64,000 bases of DNA from Verrucomicrobiota bacterium (GTDB lineage Bacteria; Verrucomicrobiota; Verrucomicrobiia; Palsa-1439): assembly GCA_016871575.1 (NCBI GenBank), contig VHCW01000007.1, positions 19,616 to 83,615 on the forward strand, read 5' to 3'. A model generated the notes under the pieces. That model made no database searches and was not told where the DNA came from. It worked only from the letters and a program-made list of their open reading frames with translations. The translations under genes and the position numbers were made by a program. The first letter of the stretch is position 1; the number at the start of each line of letters is the position of its first letter. Positions 24,301 through 31,853 of this stretch are shown here, in pieces.

Positions 24301-25273
24301 TGTCGGCCAACGTCGCAAACACCTTCTTCGGGTCGCTGCGAAGCGGTTGTTTGTCCGCGACCGCGAGGAACAACACGCCGTCGGAGAGAATGATCTCCTC
24401 CGTCACGCCCGTGTTGTCGAACGTGCGCAGCGTCTTGCCGGTGGCGGCGTCCAGCTCGGTCAGCGGCGCGTCAATGTTCAATGTCGCGTAGAGTTTGTCA
24501 CCCATCGCCACGATCCGGCGCGGCAACATGCCGGGGCCGCTCTTGAGCGGATACATGTGCTCGTGCCAGCGCTCGATGGGGCGCCTCCAGAGCAACGTGC
24601 CGTTGAACGAGTCACGGGCGTACAAGAACCACTGCGGCGGAATGAAGATCGAGGCGCGCGGCGCTTCATCGAAGATGTAGAAGTTCCGCCCGTTGGCCGA
24701 CACCATCGCGCTGGCGACGGACATGTGATCATGATGCCGGGAGTAACGCGGCCCCGCGAGCCACTGCATCCGCGCCAGAAAACCAATCTCCGTGTCGTGC
24801 GCGACGGCGTTGCCGCTTGCGTCGTGCAGGTAATGCGTCCACTCATCAATGCTCTTCGAACGCGGCTTCACGATTTTCTGCCCGCCAACAATCGCGACTC
24901 CGTTCGGCACAAGCACGCGCATGATCTCGTCGTTCGAGACGCGGGCGCTGTCGCTGACGACGATGAGGTTCACGAAGTTCTCGATGTACGGCAGCCGCTT
25001 CCCGTCCCACTGCGCGGCTGACACCGTGCCATAGAGGCCGAGCGATTGAATGTGCTTGCGAGCGGCGGTCACGTCTGCGTCGAGGCCGTGCACGAGGTAA
25101 CTGTTGTTCGCGCGCAACGCCGCCGTCAACTTCCCGTCGCCGCAACCGACATGGACGACCAGGCCACCCTTGACGCCGGAGGTTTGGAGGATTTCCGTGG
25201 CCTGCTCCGCGCCGCGAAGGAGCGGCGCTTGTGCGACCAGGAAGACGAGGGTGAATCGCAAAAAAGTTCTCAT
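21395..25273 (-). CDS. Paralog P7: same architecture plus a ~220-aa C-terminal extension (Pro/Lys-rich linker + beta-rich domain)
   Basis: ORF 21395..25342. The start is trimmed to ATG 25273 (MRTFLRFTLVFLVAQAPLLRGAEQATEILQTSGVKGGLVVHVGCGDGKLT). The family C-terminus ...LDGKVHCFGAGG is followed by ...KGKGAAKAAPKTAPKTGTKPEQ... and a domain ending in ...VGYYVMNAVTEFSPVEIK. Confidence 0.9.
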   Translation of the reverse strand: MRTFLRFTLVFLVAQAPLLRGAEQATEILQTSGVKGGLVVHVGCGDGKLTAALRANNSYLVHGLDADVTAARKHIQSLGLYGTVSAAQWDGKRLPYIENFVNLIVVSDSARVSNDEIMRVLVPNGVAIVGGQKIVKPRSKSIDEWTHYLHDASGNAVAHDTEIGFLARMQWLAGPRYSRHHDHMSVASAMVSANGRNFYIFDEAPRASIFIPPQWFLYARDSFNGTLLWRRPIERWHEHMYPLKSGPGMLPRRIVAMGDKLYATLNIDAPLTELDAATGKTLRTFDNTGVTEEIILSDGVLFLAVADKQPLRSDPKKVFATLADIRADVTGPQWGDLPRTVVAIEVSSGRLLWKKITNLMPATLAADNQSVYLHDGVKVVCLNRKTGAPVWATETPCQRTLKASSTPTLVVYDDVLLFSGYSGDAKKLKGEGTTMYALSARTGKRLWEAEHPPQGHAGSPKDLLVIKGVVWYGDTAQGSGTGNTTGRDIHTGKVVKEFPPDVKTHWFHQRCYRQKATENFLFFSRTGIEFVDIANAHWTCHHWVRGACLYGFMPANGMIYNAPNPCACYLDAKLSGFNALAPMTKLWQPKREVSDEGRLIKSDVSDFTFEMSDSDWPTYRGNAARSGYVKTTVPATELKSTWEMDLGGKITSPVIAGGLLFVAVIDRHEIVSLDASTGRKLWSYTAGGRIDSPPTIWEGRVLFGGTDGYVYCLRATDGAFAWRFRAAPEDRRHFCFEQLESVWPVSGSVLVQSNTLYCVAGRSMFLDGGLRIFRLDPKTGKKLTEIVMDDNDPITKTNLQSHIKGLNMPTALADILSSDGKNVYMRTLVMDMDGKRRVIGVNDVKDQQGDDRHLFSPTGFLDDTMWHRTYWTFGRAFASGAGGYYQAGRVTPSGRMLVFDDKNVYGFGRLWQYYRWTTPIEHHLFSAPRDPEQVRMGSEPPKRPKKADGKPKGTLNQRPLTRFAHEWSNELSMQVTSMALADKTLFVAGVPDLVDEEKLSNTLGDLEVKKKLAEQEAALEGKRGALLAAIGVEDGKKIATYRLKAAPVFDGLATAYGQVYLSTLDGKVHCFGAGGSQPLPAATDQVVTPRGDADKPTGEIPPVTTSKGKGAAKAAPKTAPKTGTKPEQRTHPDFHVLSAVTVTSGGLGYKLTADEGENGLALKQLAAPLTKPVIFTLKIQPNTGGKLQTGFLVFGDGAAEDKLIKCGVRLRTKKCYIIQGAAKTGTTMDEFVSEAGKSIAVEVTVDFAAKKVRMTLPGKAIEAPLTAPLKQITHVGYYVMNAVTEFSPVEIK

Positions 25274-25279
25274 AAGTTT

Positions 25280-25318
25280 GATTCTATACAACACCGCCGG
25301 AAAGTCGAGGTTGCGAAG
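25280..25318 (-). promoter_or_regulatory. Conserved promoter-like leader upstream of P7
   Basis: The minus strand reads CTTCGCAACCTCGACTTTCCGGCGGTGTTGTATAGAATC (TCGACT, 16-nt spacer, TAGAAT). Only 7 nt separate the -10 element from the ATG, which would make the mRNA leaderless or nearly so. Confidence 0.4.
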
Positions 25319-25359
25319 CTTGCTTCGAGATGCCGTGTGCAATTAGACTGCCGGGCGCT

Positions 25360-27429
25360 ATGAGAATGCGAATTGTCCTGCTGGTCGTCGCGCTGATGCT
25401 CCCGGAAACGATTTTCGCCGAGTCGGATGCGTTGGCGAAACTCCGCCAGCAACGAACCGAAGCCGCGCGCCGCGTGCGGCGCGTCATCTTCAACAACGAT
25501 GGCGACGATCATATCCTCGACGGGCCGGCATCTGTCGAGGCGTTCCTCGCGAAGCGCACGACGCCGTTGCTGGATTCGCAGGTGGACACGATCGTGTATT
25601 GCACGTCGCGCCCTTTCGGCATGTTCACGCATCACGCGAAAGTCGGCGACGCGCTCGTCATGAAAGAAGGTTTTCGCTCCAACCGCAACAACATCGTCGC
25701 CGACCTCATCGCGCAGGGCACGGACACGCTGCGGCTCATGGTGGACTGCGGGCACAAGCACGGCAAGGAAGTGTTCTGGTCCATGCGCATGAACGACACC
25801 CACGACGCCGCGCATCCACCGGACAAACCGCAATTCTACTGGTCCACGTTCAAGGAACAGCACCGCGACTGGCTCTTCGGCACCCGCGAGAAACGCCCCG
25901 CTCACGGCGCATGGTCGGGGATTGACTACGCGGAACCGTTGGTGCGGGATTTTCTGTGCCGTGTGTTCGAGGACATTTGCCGGCGATACGATGTGGACGG
26001 GGTCGAACTGGATTTTCTCCGTCATCCTGTGTTCTTCAAGACTGTTGCCAACGGCGGCCGCGCCACTGATGCGGAATTGAAGATGATGACCGATTTGGTG
26101 CGACGCATCCGCGCAATCACCGAAGCCGAAGGCCTGCGCCGGGGCCGGCCGATTCTCGTTGCGATGCGCGTCCCCGATTCCGTCGGCTATAGCAAGGACA
26201 TGGGGCTCGATATCGAGACGTGGCTGCGGGAAGGATTGATTGATCTGCTCGTTACCACTTGCTACTTCCGCCTCAACCCCTGGGAACACAGCGTCGGACT
26301 GGGCCGCAAATACAACGTGCCGGTTTATCCGTGCTTGAGCGACTCGCGCGTGCGAGGCGAGTCGCGGTTCAAGCGCGACGCAAAGGAGAGTTATCGCGGC
26401 CGCGCCATGAACGCCTGGGCCGCCGGCGCCGATGGCGTGTATCTCTTCAACTGCTTCGACCCACGCCATCCGCTCTGGCGGGAAGTGGGCGACCCGTCCA
26501 AGCTGCGCGGCATGGACAAGCTCTACTTCGTCACTGTGCTCGATGGGAATCCCGATCGCAGCCTCGCCAACGGCAGCCGTTACCAGGCCGTGCCGGTCCT
26601 GACCCCAAACCAGCCGCGCAGTGTCACCTCCAAGCAACCGTTGAGTCTGCCCATCGTCATCGGGGATGATTTTTCACAGGGACAAAAACCAACGCTTACC
26701 TGCCACCTGCAAATGCCCAGCGTGTCCCGCTCCGAACAAGTGACAGTCAAGCTCAACGGCCATCCCGTTTCCAACGGCACAGTAAAGGACGGCTGGGTGG
26801 ATTTGCCAATTGTGCCGGCGTGGGCCAAGCGAGGCGCCAATGAAATTGAAGTGTCCATCAAGGAGGGCGGGCTGTGGGACAGCGAGTCTGCGTGCACCGA
26901 GAAATTGTCTGCGCCGTGGGCGCGAGGACGCGGCAACAGCAGCACATCCACCGCGATGCGCGACGGCGCGCTGGTCATCGCCGACAAAGGCAAGGAACAA
27001 GGTTCGTTCCTGTACTACTCCAACCCATGGGGTGCCACCCCCGGCCAACCGGCCACAATCGAAGCCGAGGCCAAGGTCGTGTCCGGAAAAAGCGGAATCA
27101 TCGTCGCCAACGGCGTGACCGAAGACACACTCCGCCTTCTCCCCGACAGGATCAATCTTCAACACGCGGGCTTGAGCTACGCGATGGACACCACCGGCGC
27201 ATTTCACGTTTATCGCGTCGAGATTCAGGGCAAGGACATTCGCGTCTTCGTTGACGGCACGCTGCGACTCGCCGGCGTGGGCAAGTTCAAGCAACCTGCA
27301 AGTTCCGCGCGCAACGTCGTCTGTTTCGGCGCCGGCAGCAGCGCCGAGACCGGCGAAGGCTGCTGGCGCGTCGTCCGCCTGCGTTCCGGCAGCCACCTCC
27401 TTTATGATATAGTGCTCTCGGTGCGGTAG
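25360..27429 (+). CDS. Secreted glycoside-hydrolase-like TIM-barrel protein with a C-terminal LamG/jelly-roll-like domain
   Basis: ORF 25330..27429. The likely start is MRMRIVLLVVALMLPETIFA. The sequence ...IFNNDGDD...DTIVYCT...GHKHGKEVFWSMRMNDTHD...GVELDFLRHP...ILVAMRVP... resembles uncharacterised GH-like (GHL-type) barrels. The tail ...FHVYRVEIQGKDIRVFVDGTL... is lectin-like. The function call is tentative. Confidence 0.6.
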   Translation: MRMRIVLLVVALMLPETIFAESDALAKLRQQRTEAARRVRRVIFNNDGDDHILDGPASVEAFLAKRTTPLLDSQVDTIVYCTSRPFGMFTHHAKVGDALVMKEGFRSNRNNIVADLIAQGTDTLRLMVDCGHKHGKEVFWSMRMNDTHDAAHPPDKPQFYWSTFKEQHRDWLFGTREKRPAHGAWSGIDYAEPLVRDFLCRVFEDICRRYDVDGVELDFLRHPVFFKTVANGGRATDAELKMMTDLVRRIRAITEAEGLRRGRPILVAMRVPDSVGYSKDMGLDIETWLREGLIDLLVTTCYFRLNPWEHSVGLGRKYNVPVYPCLSDSRVRGESRFKRDAKESYRGRAMNAWAAGADGVYLFNCFDPRHPLWREVGDPSKLRGMDKLYFVTVLDGNPDRSLANGSRYQAVPVLTPNQPRSVTSKQPLSLPIVIGDDFSQGQKPTLTCHLQMPSVSRSEQVTVKLNGHPVSNGTVKDGWVDLPIVPAWAKRGANEIEVSIKEGGLWDSESACTEKLSAPWARGRGNSSTSTAMRDGALVIADKGKEQGSFLYYSNPWGATPGQPATIEAEAKVVSGKSGIIVANGVTEDTLRLLPDRINLQHAGLSYAMDTTGAFHVYRVEIQGKDIRVFVDGTLRLAGVGKFKQPASSARNVVCFGAGSSAETGEGCWRVVRLRSGSHLLYDIVLSVR

Positions 27430-27450
27430 AACTGACACGCACTCAAGAAA

Positions 27451-29592
27451 TTGAAGCCACGCTTGAAATGCAAATACATTGCCCTGCTTAAGACGGCACT
27501 GTTGCTCGGCACCGGCACAGGACCGGCGTTTGCCGACCAAACCATCTACGACGACGCGCTCGTCAACAGCTGGCAGGATTACGGCTGGGCCACATTGAAT
27601 TACACCAACTCGTCGCCGGTTCATTCCGGGACACACTCGATCAGTGTCACGGCGGGGGCGTATGAAGCGTTGTATTTGCATCACGCGGCGTTCGCGACCA
27701 GCGGCTACAGCAATCTGACTTTCTGGATTCATGGCGGAACGTCGGGCGGGCAGTTGTTGCAGGTGCAGGCGTTGCTCAACGGCAGCGCGCAACCCGCCAC
27801 CAATCTGCCGCCGCTGACGACGAGTTGGCAGCAGATCGTTCTTCCGCTCGCTGCGCTCGGCGTCGCCAACAAATCGAACATGGACGGTTTCTGGATCCAA
27901 AGCCGCAGCGGCACGAGCATTCCCACCTTTTACGTGGACGACATCCAAGTCACGAGCGTCGCGCCGCCGGCCGTGGTGCATCTCAGCATCGTCGCCACGC
28001 AAACCGTACGCACGGTGGACGCGCGCGTCTTCGGCCTCAACGTCGCCGTCTGGGACTCCGTGCTCGACACACCGAACACCATCAGTCTGCTCCAGGACAT
28101 GGACAACCGGGCCTTGCGGTTTCCCGGCGGCTCATTGTCGGACGATTACCACTGGGAGACGAATACCACCGGCACCAACACGTGGCAGTGGGCGAGTTCA
28201 TTCAGCAAGTTTGCCAACGTGGTGACGAACACCGGCGCGCAGGTGTTCATCACCGTCAACTACGGCTCCGGCACGCCCGCCGAGGCCGCCGCTTGGGTTC
28301 AGAACGCAAACGTGACCCGCCAGCTCGGCATCAAGTACTGGGAAGTCGGCAACGAGAACTACGGCTCATGGGAAACCGACACGAACTCCCGGCCGCACGA
28401 CCCGTTTACCTACGCCACGCGGTTCAAGGACTACGCCAGCCAGATGAAGGCCGTGGACCCGACGATCAAAGTCGGCGCCGTCGGCATCACCGGCGAAGAC
28501 AGATACGCCAACTACACCGACCACCCCGCCACCAACTCGCGCACGCTCGCCGTGCACAACGGCTGGACGCCCGTGATGCTGGCGACGTTGAAGAGCCTCG
28601 GCGTCACGCCCGATTTTCTCATCTACCATCGCTACGAACAGGCGCCCGGCGCGGAGAACGACGCGATCTTGCTGCAAGCCGCGGCCACATGGCCCAACGA
28701 CGCGGCGGATTTGCGGCAGCAGTTGAACGATTACCTCGGCGCCGCCGCCACGAATGTCGAACTCGTTTGCACCGAGAACAACTCCGTGTACAGCAATCCC
28801 GGCAAGCAAACCACCAGCCTCGTCAACGGCCTCTTTCTCGCCGACAGCCTCGGACACATCCTGCAGACCGAGTTCAACGCCTGTCTCTGGTGGGACCTGC
28901 GCAACGGCCAGGAATCCGGCAACAACAACTCGTCGTCGCTCTACGGCTGGCGGCCCTACGGCGATTACGGCATCACCGACTACAGCAACCCCTCGACGCC
29001 GACCAACCGCTATCCGACGTTCCACGTCGCCAAGCTCCTGAAATATTTCGCGCGCGGCGGCGACCGCGTTGTGCCCGCTACCAGCGATTACTCGCTGCTG
29101 ACCGCGTTCGGAGCCCAACGTCAGGACGCTTCGCTGTCGGTATTGGTCATCAACAAGCACCCGACCGCCGCGCTCACCGCCAACGTCGCCCTTGCCGGTT
29201 ACCTGCCGCGCTCAAACGCCGTGCTTTATTCCTACGGCATCCCGCAAGACAACGCCGCCCAGTCCGGCATCGGTTCGGCTGACGCGGTGCGCACCAACCT
29301 CGTGTTGTCCCCGCCGGGGACCAACCTCACGTTCACTTTTGATCCGTACTCCGTCAGCGTGCTCACACTCAACCCGCCGCGCCTGAGCCTGCTCCCGATG
29401 CAGACCAACGGCCTCGCCCAAATCCGCATCCTCGGCCAGCCCGGCCTGCGTTGCGTCATCCAGGTATCGAGCAACCTCGTCTCATGGACGCCCGTCACAA
29501 CCAACACGCTGACCGGCGATTCGCTCGACTGGCCGGACCCCGGCTCCGCCGGCCTCAAGATGCGGTTCTACCGCGCACAGTGGCTCCCGTAA
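27451..29592 (+). CDS. Secreted clan GH-A glycoside hydrolase (GH51/GH79-like) with an N-terminal carbohydrate-binding-like module
   Basis: 713 aa with a signal peptide. It has the motif RFPGGSLSDDYHWE and the acid/base-type motif KYWEVGNENYGSWE. The N-terminal beta-sandwich-like region reads ...HSGTHSISV...LTFWIHGG...FYVDDIQV. The C-terminal ~70-aa domain ends in ...MRFYRAQWLP. Confidence 0.7.
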   Translation: MKPRLKCKYIALLKTALLLGTGTGPAFADQTIYDDALVNSWQDYGWATLNYTNSSPVHSGTHSISVTAGAYEALYLHHAAFATSGYSNLTFWIHGGTSGGQLLQVQALLNGSAQPATNLPPLTTSWQQIVLPLAALGVANKSNMDGFWIQSRSGTSIPTFYVDDIQVTSVAPPAVVHLSIVATQTVRTVDARVFGLNVAVWDSVLDTPNTISLLQDMDNRALRFPGGSLSDDYHWETNTTGTNTWQWASSFSKFANVVTNTGAQVFITVNYGSGTPAEAAAWVQNANVTRQLGIKYWEVGNENYGSWETDTNSRPHDPFTYATRFKDYASQMKAVDPTIKVGAVGITGEDRYANYTDHPATNSRTLAVHNGWTPVMLATLKSLGVTPDFLIYHRYEQAPGAENDAILLQAAATWPNDAADLRQQLNDYLGAAATNVELVCTENNSVYSNPGKQTTSLVNGLFLADSLGHILQTEFNACLWWDLRNGQESGNNNSSSLYGWRPYGDYGITDYSNPSTPTNRYPTFHVAKLLKYFARGGDRVVPATSDYSLLTAFGAQRQDASLSVLVINKHPTAALTANVALAGYLPRSNAVLYSYGIPQDNAAQSGIGSADAVRTNLVLSPPGTNLTFTFDPYSVSVLTLNPPRLSLLPMQTNGLAQIRILGQPGLRCVIQVSSNLVSWTPVTTNTLTGDSLDWPDPGSAGLKMRFYRAQWLP

Positions 29593-29631
29593 CGCTTGCA
29601 ATCGGCGCGCAAGTCCGCGACAATTACGCCG

Positions 29632-30840
29632 ATGATTCTCAGAGCCATCCAACTGTTGCTGTGTGCGGCGACGCCGTGGTGGCCGCAGTTCCACGGGCCG
29701 CAACGCGATAATATGTCCGGTGATACTGGCTTGCTGAAAAGCTGGCCCGACGGCGGGCCGCCGCTCGTCTGGAAATTCTCCGAGTGCGGTCGCGGTTACG
29801 CCTCCGTCTCCATCGCGAACGGGACGATCTTCACCACCGGCGATTTCGGCGAGGACGAATTTGTCCTCGCGCTCGACCTCGACGGCAAACTGAAATGGAA
29901 GACGCAAAACGGCAAAGCCTGGAAAGGCCCGCAGCCCGGCGCGCGCACGACGCCGACTTTCCACGACGGCATCGTCTATCAGATGAACGCCCACGGCCGG
30001 CTGGCCGCGTTCGAAGCCGCGACCGGCAAACCGGCGTGGGCTGTCGAACTCCAAGAGCGGTTCGAAGCCAAGAATAACTTCTGGGGCTACGCCGAAAACG
30101 TCATCATCGAGGGCGATGCGTTGCTCTGCATGCCCGGCGGCGCAAAAGGCCGGGTGGTTGCGCTTGACCGCCGCACCGGGAACACGATCTGGGCCAATGC
30201 CGACATTCCCGACACGGCCGGCTATTCGTCGCCCAAGGTCGTCACACACAACGGGACGCGCGTGTTCCTCACATTGGCCCGGCAAAGCATTGTCGCGGTG
30301 GACGTGAAGACGGGCAAACTGCTCTGGTCGCATCCGCATCCCAGCACGTGCGACCAGAACGTCACGTCGCCGATCTATCACGACGGGTGCGTCGCCGTGA
30401 GCAGCGGACACAAGGGCGGCAGCCGCATGGCGAAGATCAATCCCGATGGCCGCAGCGCCACCGAGGTGTGGTTCGGAACCGACCTTGACAACTGTCACGG
30501 CGGCCTGCAGTTGCTGCGCGGCCACCTGTACGGCAGCGGTTGCCGTCAGTATCGCAAAGGGCTGGTTTGCGTCGAGTTCGCCACCGGCAAAACAGTTTTC
30601 ACCGCGCCGGAGATTGGCAAGACTTCGATTACGTTTGCCGATGGCCGGTTGTACTGTTTCGGCAACGACGGCACGATGATGCTGGTGGACGTCACGCCGC
30701 AACAGGCGAAGATCATCAGCAAATTCACGCCGCCGTGGCCGGAGAAGCCGCCGTGCCTTTGTCATCCCGTCGTCTGCGGCGGCCGGCTCTACATCCGTCA
30801 CTTGAACTCGCTCTTGGTGTACGACGTACGCGCGAAGTGA
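29632..30840 (+). CDS. PQQ/BamB-like beta-propeller repeat protein (single propeller, secreted)
   Basis: ORF 29596..30840. The likely start is MILRAIQLLLCAATPWWPQFHGPQRDN. Repeated motifs are typical of PQQ-like propellers: ...G.L.W....G....SP....G.VY... Confidence 0.8.
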   Translation: MILRAIQLLLCAATPWWPQFHGPQRDNMSGDTGLLKSWPDGGPPLVWKFSECGRGYASVSIANGTIFTTGDFGEDEFVLALDLDGKLKWKTQNGKAWKGPQPGARTTPTFHDGIVYQMNAHGRLAAFEAATGKPAWAVELQERFEAKNNFWGYAENVIIEGDALLCMPGGAKGRVVALDRRTGNTIWANADIPDTAGYSSPKVVTHNGTRVFLTLARQSIVAVDVKTGKLLWSHPHPSTCDQNVTSPIYHDGCVAVSSGHKGGSRMAKINPDGRSATEVWFGTDLDNCHGGLQLLRGHLYGSGCRQYRKGLVCVEFATGKTVFTAPEIGKTSITFADGRLYCFGNDGTMMLVDVTPQQAKIISKFTPPWPEKPPCLCHPVVCGGRLYIRHLNSLLVYDVRAK

Positions 30841-30848
30841 CTCGTCGC

Positions 30849-31673
30849 CTATCCGCGCATCGTTAGCTTCGTCAGAGCAGTGCCTTCGCGCCGCAGGATC
30901 ACGGCCTCAATTTTCGGCACGTACATCTGCGTTTCGGCCGGTAATCGCGTCGCAATGCCGTCGAAGGTTGTGGCCTTGTGACGGCTCAACAAGTTTCGCA
31001 CCCGCGTCTCGCCGGCGTTGTAGGCGGCCAGCGCGAGACGCCAATCCTTGAAGCGGACGTAGAGGTAACGGAGATATTTTGCCGCCGCTTGCGCGCTCTT
31101 GTCGGGATCGGCGCGCTCGTCCTGCGGACGCAACTTCAATCCCATCATCGTCGCCGTCGCCGGCATCAACTGGAACAGGCCAACCGCGCCGACGGGCGAG
31201 CGGGCACGCGGATTGAACGACGACTCGACCTCCGCGACCCAGACCAGTTCAGCCGGAATCTTCTGCGCCGTGAAATATGGCTTCAGCCGCGCTGCCAGCT
31301 TGGCGGAGGGTGACAACGCCGGTTTCTTTTCCAACCGTTGCTGCCATGTTTTGCGCAGGATCTCCGGTGTCGGCTTGGGAGCGGTGGGTTTGAGTTCCTC
31401 GGCCATCTCAAGATAGTCGAGGCGCGTCTTCAGCCACGCGGCAATTGGTTGCGTCTCCTCCGATGTCTCCAGCAACGGAATCAACGTCGTCGCAACCTGC
31501 CGCAGCGCGGCGAGATCGAGCACATACTCGCTTTGAAACTGCTCCTGCAACTTCTGGCAAAGCTTGACCAACTCCTCCTCGTCGAATTCCAGTTCAAACT
31601 GCGCGCAGGCCGTCAACGCGCCAAACGCGAGCAGGACCACGAAAAAACGAATCGCCGTGACAACTCTCATCAT
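30849..31673 (-). CDS. Lytic transglycosylase (SLT domain)
   Basis: 274 aa. It has an SLT catalytic region (VAEVESSFNPRARSPVGAVGLFQLMPATA...AAYNAGETRV) and a signal or lipoprotein-like N-terminus (...GALTACAQ). Confidence 0.85.
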   Translation of the reverse strand: MMRVVTAIRFFVVLLAFGALTACAQFELEFDEEELVKLCQKLQEQFQSEYVLDLAALRQVATTLIPLLETSEETQPIAAWLKTRLDYLEMAEELKPTAPKPTPEILRKTWQQRLEKKPALSPSAKLAARLKPYFTAQKIPAELVWVAEVESSFNPRARSPVGAVGLFQLMPATATMMGLKLRPQDERADPDKSAQAAAKYLRYLYVRFKDWRLALAAYNAGETRVRNLLSRHKATTFDGIATRLPAETQMYVPKIEAVILRREGTALTKLTMRG

Positions 31674-31853
31674 TCTCCCGCGCAGCCTCTTGCGGGTGTT
31701 GTGTAATAGCTGTTACACAACACTGGACGGACAGCGCGCCTGTGTTGGCAGAAGAGGGCGAAGAATGTGGCGGCGCTGATTGATGTGACTGGCTTCATTG
31801 ACATCTTGTGATTTGGACGGGGACGGGCGTAGCAACCTTGATCTGTGGGCGGT

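Noticed and set aside
31701-31718. Near-palindrome GTGTAATAGCTGTTACAC in the spacer upstream of the lytic transglycosylase gene
   Set aside because: It is a single imperfect copy with no second site or associated regulator, so there is not enough evidence to call it an operator.
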